The position numbers were made by a program, and so were the translations under genes. From assembly GCA_002500485.1 (NCBI GenBank), contig DLRJ01000028.1, forward strand, positions 1 through 60,920: a stretch of 60,920 bases of DNA, read 5' to 3'. Positions within the stretch are counted from its first letter, which is position 1; the number at the start of each line of letters is the position of its first letter. This DNA comes from Dehalococcoidia bacterium UBA7891. GTDB taxonomy: Bacteria; Chloroflexota; Dehalococcoidia; Lucifugimonadales; UBA826. Shown here piece by piece: positions 27,268-37,122 of this stretch. The notes below the pieces were generated by a model. The model saw nothing but the letters and a program-made list of their open reading frames with translations, ran no database searches and was not told the origin of the DNA.

Positions 27268-28059
27268 CTACTCCCCTTCCATTGCCCTCAGTACTTTCTC
27301 CCCTTCGTTCTTCCAAAATGAGTAAAGTATTGATATGTCTGTACCTAATGAGAAATCTCTTACTCCCATATCTAGATACTCTTTCATTTCGTCGGCCGAT
27401 TGTATTTCAGCTCTTGGAGGAACTCCCATTTTGATACCTAATTCGAAAGTCTTCTTCTTTGCTGCTTGCACTTCAGGGTCGTTCATCTGTCTTGGTTTAC
27501 CAATGTTCATTGAAAAATCCGCACCGCCCCATTGAATCATCTCCACACCCGGTTCAGATAAAATTTCTTCCAGGTTGTCAACTGCGCCTTTTTTTTCAAT
27601 CATGAAGGCCAATACTACATCCCCAAGCATGTCTACATATTCTTGCGTACCACCATATCCCATGTAGGAGTTTCTTCTGGTGGCAACACCATATAGGCCT
27701 CCATGATCAGGATGGTCGGGCCTAGCTGATTTGATGCATTCCCGGACTTCTTCTATGTTTCGTACGTCTGTAAAAAGCACACTTTCGTAACCAGAACCTA
27801 TTCCTCTTTGAGCAAGGAAGGGCATAAGGCTTTGATCTATCTTAATCATGCTGCCAAGATTGTAGAGTTCAGATGTTCGGCACATGTTGTCGAGGTCGTG
27901 TAAGTCTGATGGCCCATACTCGGCCACGAATTCAACATAGTCATATATACCTGCATGCCCAATGGCTTCTATTTCTGCCGGCCACACACTGTGTATATGA
28001 GTACTAAGGGTGGGTTCCTCCGACTTTAATTTTTGTCTGATTAAGTTAGGCCTAACCAT
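27268..28059 (-). CDS. HpcH/HpaI aldolase family protein (divergent)
   Basis: FVAEYG, MIEK and QWGGADF motifs; GGAGG RBS. Confidence 0.88.
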   Translation of the reverse strand: MVRPNLIRQKLKSEEPTLSTHIHSVWPAEIEAIGHAGIYDYVEFVAEYGPSDLHDLDNMCRTSELYNLGSMIKIDQSLMPFLAQRGIGSGYESVLFTDVRNIEEVRECIKSARPDHPDHGGLYGVATRRNSYMGYGGTQEYVDMLGDVVLAFMIEKKGAVDNLEEILSEPGVEMIQWGGADFSMNIGKPRQMNDPEVQAAKKKTFELGIKMGVPPRAEIQSADEMKEYLDMGVRDFSLGTDISILYSFWKNEGEKVLRAMEGE

Positions 28060-28252
28060 TGCATCCTCCGTGATATTTGTTTTTCCTATGGTATCGGTAG
28101 GTTATCAGAAAGATTACCCACAATTCATCTGTTTAAAATTAAGGCTGTAAACACAACATTTTTAACCTAGTCACGGAAGACAGTTACAGAATATAATTCT
28201 CACATAAATTTCATGAAACTGCCTTCCATTCTTTCTTAAATGTAGTGAGTAA

Positions 28253-28453
28253 TTGTTAAAGAACACTTTTATTTTGGGACTGCCGGTACAATTTATCTTT
28301 GTTATTTTTGTTACGGGGTTGCTAGTCATTTATGTGCTCGCCATGTCAGCTTCGACTCGGATAGAAAAACGGAAAGTTGTTCGATCTGAGGCAGGGCAAA
28401 CAGAAATTTATGCTTGGGAATCGACAGCGCTTTGGATGTGTCCTCTTCACTGA
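28253..28453 (+). CDS. Small single-TM protein ending in WMCPLH
   Basis: TTG start, one long hydrophobic helix, C-terminal CPLH; fills the gap ahead of an MFS gene on the same strand. Confidence 0.6.
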   Translation: MLKNTFILGLPVQFIFVIFVTGLLVIYVLAMSASTRIEKRKVVRSEAGQTEIYAWESTALWMCPLH

Positions 28454-28474
28454 GGTTGGAGAATTCTTTTAAAA

Positions 28475-29794
28475 ATGATTCAAGATAAATTAGGGACTTC
28501 TGGGGCAAAAACCTTTTACTGGCATTATGCCTGGGTCGTAGTGGTCATTATTGCTGGGATGCAGATAGTAGGGACATCCATCAGAATGGCTTTTGGGGTG
28601 TTTATCGATCCATTGCAAACTCAATTTGGATGGAGTCAAGGCGGTATTGGTTTTGCCTATGCAGTTTGTAGCATAGTGTCGGCTGTTGCATCTCCCTGGG
28701 CAGGTAACTTGGGGGATAGGTTTGGGGCAAAAAAATCGATGCTTGCCGGAACATTTGTTTTCTTAATCGGTATGTTGAGTACTGCATTTGTAAAAGAGTT
28801 ATGGCAATTTTGGCTTACATATGGGGTCATTCTTGGTATTGCTCAGGCAATTTTTCTTGTACCACTTATCCCTGCGGCTATGATCTGGTTCAGAAGGCAC
28901 CTAGGTTTGGCTATGGGCCTCATTATGGCTTCCTGGGGAGTAGGGCCTGCATTGGCCACCCCTCTTGTAGCTTTTATGATCCAGACATTTGGATGGACTT
29001 TTGCTTTTGTTTCTATAGGGATTGTCTCGACATTAATTATGTTGGCCTTGGTTTCTGTATTTAAAAACAGGCCGGCAGATGTAGGGGGTTTGGCATACGG
29101 TACTTTTAAAAGTGATCCACCACTTAGTGACAAACTTCCTCCTTCTATCCTTCTTGATGAGTTCAGGGGACACATGAGAAAAACTGCAGCTTATTGGAAT
29201 ATGAGCTCTATCCATTTCCTTGGTTGCGTGGGGCATGCAGTGATCTTGATTTGGATAATCCCAATGGCCACTAGCAGAGGTATGAGTCCAATAGATGCTT
29301 CGTTAATTCTGACCTTGTTTTCTGCAGTCAGCATAGTCACTAGATTAACTACCCCGGTTTTATGTGAAAGGTTGGGCGTGCGGACTGTTATGACATTCTT
29401 TTACATTTTGCAGGGTGCACCGGTATTACTTTTGATATTCTCATCGATGGATGGAGTTTTTCTAATTTTTGCTGTCAGTTTTGGGATTGGATATGGAGGA
29501 GAAACTGGGGGTTTCCCAATTCTTAATAGGAAATATTTCGGGCATGCACCTATGGGAGGAGCCCATGGGTTTCAAATGCTGGGAGCTGGCATAGGTATGG
29601 CATTAGGAGGTTGGGTTGGAGGTCCAGTGTTTGATATTTTTGATTCATACAATGCTGCATTTGCTATTAGTGTAGTAGCGAGTTTAGCAGGAGCTATTAG
29701 TATTATTTTGCTAGAGAACCCTGCCAAACTATTGATACCGGATTGGCAAAAATCGGAAGAGGAATTTGAACAAAATTTGAAAATCACCACGTGA
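28475..29794 (+). CDS. MFS transporter (OFA/MCT-like)
   Basis: GNLGDRFGAKK and WFRRHLGLA motifs; 12 TM pattern. Confidence 0.9.
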   Translation: MIQDKLGTSGAKTFYWHYAWVVVVIIAGMQIVGTSIRMAFGVFIDPLQTQFGWSQGGIGFAYAVCSIVSAVASPWAGNLGDRFGAKKSMLAGTFVFLIGMLSTAFVKELWQFWLTYGVILGIAQAIFLVPLIPAAMIWFRRHLGLAMGLIMASWGVGPALATPLVAFMIQTFGWTFAFVSIGIVSTLIMLALVSVFKNRPADVGGLAYGTFKSDPPLSDKLPPSILLDEFRGHMRKTAAYWNMSSIHFLGCVGHAVILIWIIPMATSRGMSPIDASLILTLFSAVSIVTRLTTPVLCERLGVRTVMTFFYILQGAPVLLLIFSSMDGVFLIFAVSFGIGYGGETGGFPILNRKYFGHAPMGGAHGFQMLGAGIGMALGGWVGGPVFDIFDSYNAAFAISVVASLAGAISIILLENPAKLLIPDWQKSEEEFEQNLKITT

Positions 29795-29810
29795 GAATGG
29801 AGTTATTCAT

Positions 29811-31229
29811 ATGTCTAAATCTGAAATAGTTAACATGACTGCCACTGAAATGGTTGGGTTAATTAAAGCTAAGGATATTTCAGCCGCAGAGGTGATGGAT
29901 GCCCACCTAATGCAAATAAATTCTGTAAATCCTAAAGTCAACGCCATTGTTACTATTCATCCCGAGTTAGGAATTGAGGGGGCCAAACTCGCAGATAAAG
30001 CAATTGCCAAAGGAGAAAATTTAGGTCTATTACACGGACTACCTACTGCCCATAAGGATTTAGTCCCGACTAAAGGTATTCGGACAACATACGGCTCTCC
30101 TTTGTATGCTGACTACATACCTGACTACAGCGCCTTAATAGTGGAGAGGATGCAGAAGGCTGGGGCTATCACGATTGGTAAGACCAATACGCCGGAATTT
30201 GGGGCAGGGTCCCAAACTTACAATGAGGTATTTGGAGAAACTTTGAACCCTTACGATACCAACACGACCTGCGGAGGCAGCAGCGGCGGGGCAGCTGTGG
30301 CTCTCGCTACTAGAATGGTTCCGATTGCTGATGGAAGTGATACCGGAGGCTCCCTACGTAACCCAGCAAACTTTTGTAATGTGGTCGGATTTAGGACATC
30401 TCCTGGTCGAGTACCTACTTACCCATCTAAGGTGGGTTGGAGTCCAACTTCAGTACAAGGCCCTATGGCTAGAACTGTTTCTGACTGTGCCCTTTTTCTG
30501 GCTGCTATAGCTGGACCTGATTCTAGGGTTCCCATGTCAATAACTGAAAAGGGTGAAGTTTTTTTGGAACCTCTTAATAGGGACTTTAAGAATATTAAAA
30601 TCGCATGGAGTCAAGATTTAGGAGGATTACCGATCGATCCCCGAACCACCGCAGTAATTGAATCTCAGAGGTCAGTTTTTAAAGATATAGGATGCTTGAT
30701 TCAGGAAGCGGAGCCGGATTTTTCCGATGTAAATGAACAGTTTTTGATTTGGCGGGGATGGGGAAGAGAAATAAACCAGGGAGATAATTTAAGGAACAAC
30801 AGAGATAAATTGAAAGATACGATGATTTGGGATATTGAGCAGGGGGTCAAATTATCTGGGCCAGATGTAGGATGGGCCGAAGCAAAAAGAATGGAATTGT
30901 TTCAACGCATGAACCAGTTTATGGACGAATATGAATTTCTCATATGCCCTGTGAGCCAAAGACCCCCTTTTAATATTGAAGAAAGATGGGTTTCTGAAAT
31001 AAATGGCGTCAAAATGGAAAATTTTATCGCTTGGATGAAATCTTGTTATTACATAACAGCTACAGGACATCCGGCTATTTCGGTTCCTTGCGGATTCACC
31101 CCTGAAGGTCTTCCAGTCGGAGTTCAGATCGTAGGTCGATATAGGGATGAATTTGGGGTCTTACAACTTGCTAAAGCTTTTGAAGACGCCACTGGGTTTT
31201 GGAAATCAATCCCTGCTGTCTGCACTTAA
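29811..31229 (+). CDS. Amidase (amidase signature family)
   Basis: HKD Lys, GKTNTPEFG, GGSSGG and GSDTGGSLRNPA motifs. Confidence 0.95.
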   Translation: MSKSEIVNMTATEMVGLIKAKDISAAEVMDAHLMQINSVNPKVNAIVTIHPELGIEGAKLADKAIAKGENLGLLHGLPTAHKDLVPTKGIRTTYGSPLYADYIPDYSALIVERMQKAGAITIGKTNTPEFGAGSQTYNEVFGETLNPYDTNTTCGGSSGGAAVALATRMVPIADGSDTGGSLRNPANFCNVVGFRTSPGRVPTYPSKVGWSPTSVQGPMARTVSDCALFLAAIAGPDSRVPMSITEKGEVFLEPLNRDFKNIKIAWSQDLGGLPIDPRTTAVIESQRSVFKDIGCLIQEAEPDFSDVNEQFLIWRGWGREINQGDNLRNNRDKLKDTMIWDIEQGVKLSGPDVGWAEAKRMELFQRMNQFMDEYEFLICPVSQRPPFNIEERWVSEINGVKMENFIAWMKSCYYITATGHPAISVPCGFTPEGLPVGVQIVGRYRDEFGVLQLAKAFEDATGFWKSIPAVCT

Positions 31230-31236
31230 AATGGTT

Positions 31237-31917
31237 TCAACTTATCTCAGATGAGATCTCTCCAAGTGACATCTTATGGATATCCGGCACTTGAGCTCCT
31301 TTTTCTGCGTAACCTGCCACGAGGAGTAAGAATGGGCGTTCGTTTTTTGGGCGATTAAATATTTTGTTTAAAAATCCCATAGGGCTGGGGGTATGCGTAA
31401 GAGTAGACAGCCCTGCGTTGTGCAGAGCGGTTATTAGAATGCCAGTAGCTATACCCACTGATTCTGTTGCGTAATAGTGTTTTACCTGGGACCCGTCAGG
31501 CAGTATCCCGTAGCTTTTAACAAATATGCCAATCAGGAATGGGGCGGTTTCTAGGAAAGGTTTATTGGGATCTGTCCCTAACGGTTCCAAGGCCTTTAAC
31601 CATTCAGGTGACGCTTTTGTTTCATAGAAGTCCTTCTCTTCTTTCTCAGCTTTTTCCCGAATGATTTTGCGAGCCTCTCCCTGGCCTGAAACAGCGAAAT
31701 GCCAAGGTTGCATATTTGCTCCACTTGGAGCTGTTCCCGCGGCTAAAATGCAATTATCGATTATGGACCTAGATACTGCTTCGGAAGAAAAATCTCGCAC
31801 GGTTCGGCGCTGCTTGATGTTCAGATAGAATTCCGTAGATCTAGATTCCATCTCTTCATTACTAAAATGTTTAGGGTTAGGTAATGGAATTAATCTTGCA
31901 TTCACTTTGTCCTCCAT
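31237..31917 (-). CDS. iyd: Iodotyrosine deiodinase-like nitroreductase
   Basis: RRTVRDF, APSGANMQPW, AEKEEKDFY, LGTDPNKPFLETAP, ESVGIATG and LTHTPSPM: IYD lid and Thr signature. Confidence 0.85.
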   Translation of the reverse strand: MEDKVNARLIPLPNPKHFSNEEMESRSTEFYLNIKQRRTVRDFSSEAVSRSIIDNCILAAGTAPSGANMQPWHFAVSGQGEARKIIREKAEKEEKDFYETKASPEWLKALEPLGTDPNKPFLETAPFLIGIFVKSYGILPDGSQVKHYYATESVGIATGILITALHNAGLSTLTHTPSPMGFLNKIFNRPKNERPFLLLVAGYAEKGAQVPDIHKMSLGEISSEIS

Positions 31918-32031
31918 TGAATTAGCTTCTGGTAATTCTTAGATTCTTTTGTCATCCTGTACGATTTCTCATCCCGCTGATGTTATCCTAGGTGAAACAG
32001 GCAAGGATAATCCAGATGTAAAAGGCATATT

Positions 32032-33132
32032 ATGAAAATAACGAATGTTAAAGTTGAAATGTTCAATTGGACTACGGAAGCTTGGAAGACTGGTGTGGGT
32101 ACTTCATTTGGTAACACACGCCAACTTGGGATCGTTACTGTTGAGACAGATGAAGGTATAAGTGGCAATTCGTTTCTGGGTTCTTCGAGGGTTGGGGCGG
32201 ATCATTTTGCCCCAGGATTAATAGAATTTATTAAACCATTGGTTATGGGTCGGAACCCTCAGGATATCGGTGCCATTTGGTGGGATATGTGGAAGATGAA
32301 TCGGTCTGTGTCTACGAATGTTATTGGGGCTATCGATATTTGTCTGTGGGATATAAATGGGAAAATAGCCCAACAACCCATACATCGGCTATTAGGAACC
32401 TGTAAAGAATCAGTCCCTGTTTACTCCAGCACCGCATTTCACGACACAAAAGAAGAATATGCGGAAGAGGCAATCAAATTTAAAGAGATGGGTTGGACTG
32501 CACACAAGATCCATCCACACGGGAATCCTACTTATGACATTGAAATATCGCAGGCTGTGCGGGAAGCCGTTGGAGATGATATGAAACTCATGTTGGATTC
32601 TATGTGGGCCTACCAATATGAAGATGCAATGCGAGTGGGAAGGGCTATTGAAGAACTGAATTTTTACTGGTATGAGGATCCTTTGGTAGAAGAAGATATT
32701 TATAACTATGTGAAATTGCACGATAAGCTAGACATACCGATTATGTCCACAGAATATGCTCCGGGCAGATACTACGGAATGACCCAGTGGATAACCCAAT
32801 ATGCAACTGACATACTAAGGGGAGATGTGGCTGTGACTGGAGGAATTACCCCGATGGTTCGGCTTTGCCATCTTGCTGAAGGGTTTAATATGAAATGTGA
32901 GATTCACCATGGTGGTAATTCATTAAACAATGTGGCGAATTTGCACATAACTATGGCTGTACCTAACTGTGAATTTTTCGAATTTTTCCCATGTACAGGA
33001 GCCAATATGTTTGGGCTTGTAGAGGATATTCAATTTGAAGGTGGTGTGGTTCATGCTCCGACTAAACCGGGGCTTGGATATGAGATTGATTGGGATATGC
33101 TAAAAAACGAATACACAGCTACAGCTGAATAG
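32032..33132 (+). CDS. Mandelate racemase/muconate lactonizing enzyme (enolase superfamily)
   Basis: DICLWD; metal ligands in LMLD, YEDP and STEY; KIH in place of KxK; PGLG. Confidence 0.92.
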   Translation: MKITNVKVEMFNWTTEAWKTGVGTSFGNTRQLGIVTVETDEGISGNSFLGSSRVGADHFAPGLIEFIKPLVMGRNPQDIGAIWWDMWKMNRSVSTNVIGAIDICLWDINGKIAQQPIHRLLGTCKESVPVYSSTAFHDTKEEYAEEAIKFKEMGWTAHKIHPHGNPTYDIEISQAVREAVGDDMKLMLDSMWAYQYEDAMRVGRAIEELNFYWYEDPLVEEDIYNYVKLHDKLDIPIMSTEYAPGRYYGMTQWITQYATDILRGDVAVTGGITPMVRLCHLAEGFNMKCEIHHGGNSLNNVANLHITMAVPNCEFFEFFPCTGANMFGLVEDIQFEGGVVHAPTKPGLGYEIDWDMLKNEYTATAE

Positions 33133-33205
33133 AAAAGCCTGTCGGTCCCATTAAAATTAAGATTTCATCTATTTTGGAAAAGCTTTTGATCGCGTTTGCA
33201 CGGGT

Positions 33206-34456
33206 ATGAAATTACCCACTATACACACCTTAGATTCATTGCGGGCCTATCCTGATTATCGATACCTGTGGACGGCAAATTTTTGTGCAAATACTGCACA
33301 ATGGTTGCAGTTACTCACCTTAGGATGGTTAGTAAAATTTCTTACTGAGGATGGCTCTAATTCTGCCTTGCTTGTAGTAGGGGTAGGTGGTGCTGCTGCT
33401 TTACCCGGGATCATTATTGGCCCTTGGGGTGGAGTTTTAGGTGATAGATTAAATCGTAAAAAGCTGGTTATTTCCCTCGAAATATTTATGGTTTTCCTCG
33501 CTCTTTCCTTCGCTTTGTTGCTTCAGGCAGAAGTCGTACTTGTGTGGCATGTGTATACATTTGCACTTCTGGCAGGGTGCTGCGAAGCACTAAAAATGCC
33601 GATCCGACAAGCTCTTATCGCTAATACCGTTCCCTTCCATGCCCTTAGCAACGCATATGCTACAAGTGTTCTCACGATACCTGGCACACGAATGATTGGT
33701 CCCTTCATTGGCGGTATCATTGTCTCGAATGTGGGATTTTTTTGGAATTTCGCTATCGAGGCACTCCTGTATCTAGGGGTCATAGTGGCTCTAATCCCGA
33801 TGTCCACTCCCTATTTTATAAAACGAGAATTTGTTACAGGTTTTGGAATGTCACAGATGGTTACCGATATGGTGGATGGGTTTAAGTATCTGTGGAAACA
33901 ACAGCGTCCCTTGTCATTGATTTATATGTTGTCGGCCGCACCAAATGTTGTATTGCATCCTGTCATATTTTTGTTGCCTTTGTTCACCACAGATGTCCTT
34001 CATAGAGATGTTGATTATGGCGGTTATATGATGGCAGTTAACGGAGCTGGTGGTTTGCTAATGGTTTTTGTGTTTTCTGCATTTGGCTTCCCAAAATGGC
34101 GAGGCATGCTTTGTGTTCTTTCTGCTCTTGCTGGCGCTATCATGACTCTTTTACTAAGCCAATCTTTGTGGATAGCTCCAGCTTTTTTGGTGCTCGCAAT
34201 TTTTGGTGCTACTCAAACCGCATTTCGAACCACAAATGGTGTTTTAACTCAAACATTGGCAGAAGATCAATATAGGGTCCGGGCGATGAGTGCTTATCGA
34301 ATTGGTATGGGGATGGTCGTTTTTTTTAGTCTGTTCGTCGGCTGGATGGCAGGTATCACTTCTGTTCGACTAACTTTAGTGTTTATGGGGGCTCTTGGGG
34401 TTGTCATATCAATAGCTTTTTGGATCTTCTCTCCGGCAGTCCGGAATCAGGAGTGA
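33206..34456 (+). CDS. MFS transporter (DHA3-like)
   Basis: GGVLGDRLNRKK motif; 12 TM pattern. Confidence 0.9.
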   Translation: MKLPTIHTLDSLRAYPDYRYLWTANFCANTAQWLQLLTLGWLVKFLTEDGSNSALLVVGVGGAAALPGIIIGPWGGVLGDRLNRKKLVISLEIFMVFLALSFALLLQAEVVLVWHVYTFALLAGCCEALKMPIRQALIANTVPFHALSNAYATSVLTIPGTRMIGPFIGGIIVSNVGFFWNFAIEALLYLGVIVALIPMSTPYFIKREFVTGFGMSQMVTDMVDGFKYLWKQQRPLSLIYMLSAAPNVVLHPVIFLLPLFTTDVLHRDVDYGGYMMAVNGAGGLLMVFVFSAFGFPKWRGMLCVLSALAGAIMTLLLSQSLWIAPAFLVLAIFGATQTAFRTTNGVLTQTLAEDQYRVRAMSAYRIGMGMVVFFSLFVGWMAGITSVRLTLVFMGALGVVISIAFWIFSPAVRNQE

Positions 34457-34629
34457 ATTCTAGCTTAAATTCCCTCCCAAATTCAGTACTATCCTCTGGG
34501 GTAAAACTTTACCAGTTAGTATTTGTGAGTTAATATTTGCGAATCTTAATTCCTGTATCTAATGACATGTGCAGGCGGTAGACTAATATTCCCATCAAAA
34601 ACATTCTGTAATTGGAAAGTACCTAGACT

Positions 34630-35952
34630 TTGTTTCAAAGTGCCAAAAATAAACTAGCCGACAGTCGAAAGAACACATTCTATGGTTGGTATCTGGTTCC
34701 AGTTTTTGGTGCTGTAATGATGGTAGCTACTACTCCTCTCTTCCATGCTATGGGTATCTGGGCGGTTGCAATGGAAAAGGCCTTTGGGTGGAATAGGACC
34801 CAACTGTCTCTAGCATTGTCATTTACGAGGGTCGAAGGTGGTATTTTAGGCCCCATCGAAGGTTATCTAGTGGATAGGTTTGGTACTAAACGCATGGTTC
34901 TAATCGGGATGATAATCATGGGGTTTGGATGGATAGTGTTTAGCCGTATAAATCATTTGTTAATTTTCTATTTTGCCTATTTGGTTATAGCTCTTGGCCA
35001 AGGTCTAGGCAGCTGGTTGGCTTTAAATACTATGATGAACAATTGGTTCGTTAGAAGGCGCTCTTTTGCGATGGGTCTGTCTAATTCTCTTTCTAGGTTT
35101 GGGGCATTATTTTTTGTGCCACTATTAGCCTGGCTTGTAGACCCAGAATTTTTAGATAGGCCGGGTTGGAGTTTAACTGCGTTCATCCTCGGTATAGTCA
35201 CCATATTGCTGGCCCTTCCGCTGACCAGTCTTCTTAGAAATAAACCGGAGGATTATGGATTGCTTCCGGACGGAGATACGGAAGAAGATGTTGAAAGACG
35301 GAACAAAGAAGCTGCGATCACTGGTGTAAAAATAGAGCAAGAGTATGATTTCACGGTGTCACAGGCTTTGAGGTCCCAGGCCTTTTGGTTTATAAGCTTT
35401 GGCCATGGATTCACATCGATGGTTTTGTTGGCATTTATGCTGCACCTTGCGCCTATGATGGTAGATCAAGGATACACATTGCAGACGGCTGCATTTGTTG
35501 TTTCAGCATACACAGCGGTTTCTATGGTATTCCAATTGATTGGAGGGTATGTGGGGGATCGGATGCCGAAAAATGTGGCATTGATGATGTTTACCCTATG
35601 TCAGGCTCTTGGGGTTTTTATCTTAACTTTCGGACCTCCCAATCTTTTTTCAGCCTACGGGTTTGCTTTACTGTTTGGGATAGGATTTGGTGGTAGGAAT
35701 CCTATATCCTCTTCCATACGAGGAGATTATTTTGGCAGAAAAAATTATGGCAAAATAATGGGAATATCTCAGGTGCCCATGAACGTGTTGTTGCTGATTG
35801 GACCAGTTTTTGCGGGTTTAATGCGTGACTCCACAGGCACCTATCAAACAGCGTTTGCTGTACTTGGTATATTGGCAGTCATCGGAGGATTTTGCTTCCT
35901 GTTTGCAAAAAAGCCACCTCATCCTGCTGCCTATATAACCAATTCAGATTAA
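34630..35952 (+). CDS. MFS transporter (OFA/MCT-like)
   Basis: GYLVDRFGTKR, NWFVRRRS and DYFGRKNYG motifs. Confidence 0.9.
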   Translation: MFQSAKNKLADSRKNTFYGWYLVPVFGAVMMVATTPLFHAMGIWAVAMEKAFGWNRTQLSLALSFTRVEGGILGPIEGYLVDRFGTKRMVLIGMIIMGFGWIVFSRINHLLIFYFAYLVIALGQGLGSWLALNTMMNNWFVRRRSFAMGLSNSLSRFGALFFVPLLAWLVDPEFLDRPGWSLTAFILGIVTILLALPLTSLLRNKPEDYGLLPDGDTEEDVERRNKEAAITGVKIEQEYDFTVSQALRSQAFWFISFGHGFTSMVLLAFMLHLAPMMVDQGYTLQTAAFVVSAYTAVSMVFQLIGGYVGDRMPKNVALMMFTLCQALGVFILTFGPPNLFSAYGFALLFGIGFGGRNPISSSIRGDYFGRKNYGKIMGISQVPMNVLLLIGPVFAGLMRDSTGTYQTAFAVLGILAVIGGFCFLFAKKPPHPAAYITNSD

Positions 35953-37019
35953 AATTCTGCGGTAGCTATATTGGTTTTTGCATTGGGATGAACACCCATA
36001 GATTCTGCAACTAAAGAGTAGGATTTTTTTCTGTCTTTAAAGTAGTAGCAATTCGATACTATCCCTATATCAGAGGTCTGATAGCGTTCTGATGATGAGA
36101 GGATTCCTTCTTTTACTTGGTTGGGATCACCTTCTATGTAGCTTTGGGTAGTTTGTTCCATATAGGCTTTGACCTGATCATCTAATGGCCATACGGACGC
36201 TTCCTCCGGAGGCAACAAGCCTTTCGTTGTGATTCCCATTGTAGATATAATTTTGTTTATGCTCCTCGAAGATCCTACAAATTTAGCTTTCTCCTCTGTC
36301 TCGGCACATATCACTTGCAGGCTCACATTAACGCTGGGTTCTGCTAAATAGGCAGATGGTTTGAAGTTGTTTCTGTATAAATCAGTAACTTGAGGGCCAT
36401 ATTCTGAGGTATTTCCGAAAAAATCTGCGAAGCTAAAAGGAAGGCCCATTTCCGCTGCTAACCTAGCACTATAATCACTTGATCCCAAAAGCCACACGGA
36501 CGGATATGTGTCTTTGCCTGAAGATTGAGCCCTAATCCCAGCGAATGGATGCTCATCTTCCACTTCATCTTCTAGAAAACTTAACAAGTCTTTCACCATT
36601 TGGGGAAAGTCACTGAATACGTCCATTGTGGGTCTTGGGTATGTTAAAGCAGCGGCAGTCCTTCTATCACTACCAGGGGCCCTGCCGATTCCGAGGTCAA
36701 TTCTATTAGGATGAAAAGAATCTAATACACTGAATTGTTCGGCCACTTTAAGTGCAGAGTAATGACTCAACATAACACCGCCACTTCCTACACGAATAGT
36801 AGAGGTTTTAGCTGCTATCTGCCCTATTAGGATTTCTGGACTAGTCCCAGAAAAAGAGTTGGAATTGTGGTGTTCAGCTACCCAGTATCTGGAATACCCG
36901 AGGTTTTCTGTATGTACTGCCAGTTCAACTGACTCATTTAGCGCATCAGCAGGGGTGCCGCCACGCCGAATCGGCGATTGGTCTACTACTGTTAGCTTTA
37001 TGTCTTTTATAGATGCCAT
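35949..37019 (-). CDS. LLM-class flavin-dependent monooxygenase (luciferase-like, YhbW-type)
   Basis: RYWVAEHH, RVGSGGVML, DLGIGRAPG and WLLGSS motifs. Confidence 0.93.
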   Translation of the reverse strand: MASIKDIKLTVVDQSPIRRGGTPADALNESVELAVHTENLGYSRYWVAEHHNSNSFSGTSPEILIGQIAAKTSTIRVGSGGVMLSHYSALKVAEQFSVLDSFHPNRIDLGIGRAPGSDRRTAAALTYPRPTMDVFSDFPQMVKDLLSFLEDEVEDEHPFAGIRAQSSGKDTYPSVWLLGSSDYSARLAAEMGLPFSFADFFGNTSEYGPQVTDLYRNNFKPSAYLAEPSVNVSLQVICAETEEKAKFVGSSRSINKIISTMGITTKGLLPPEEASVWPLDDQVKAYMEQTTQSYIEGDPNQVKEGILSSSERYQTSDIGIVSNCYYFKDRKKSYSLVAESMGVHPNAKTNIATAEF

Positions 37020-37122
37020 ATCTGTAAAGAAAGGATAACAAAGTACCTACCTAGCTGTCTCCATTGAGCTATGTAAGGTAGAATCTTTTCTATGTTATCC
37101 CCACAGTAGGTTCATACAAATT

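Noticed and set aside
28188-28218. Short palindromes AGAAT-ATA-ATTCT and TTTCATGAAA in the divergent intergenic region
   Set aside because: Short and AT-rich, expected by chance; they do not match the LexA consensus and no cognate regulator is evident.
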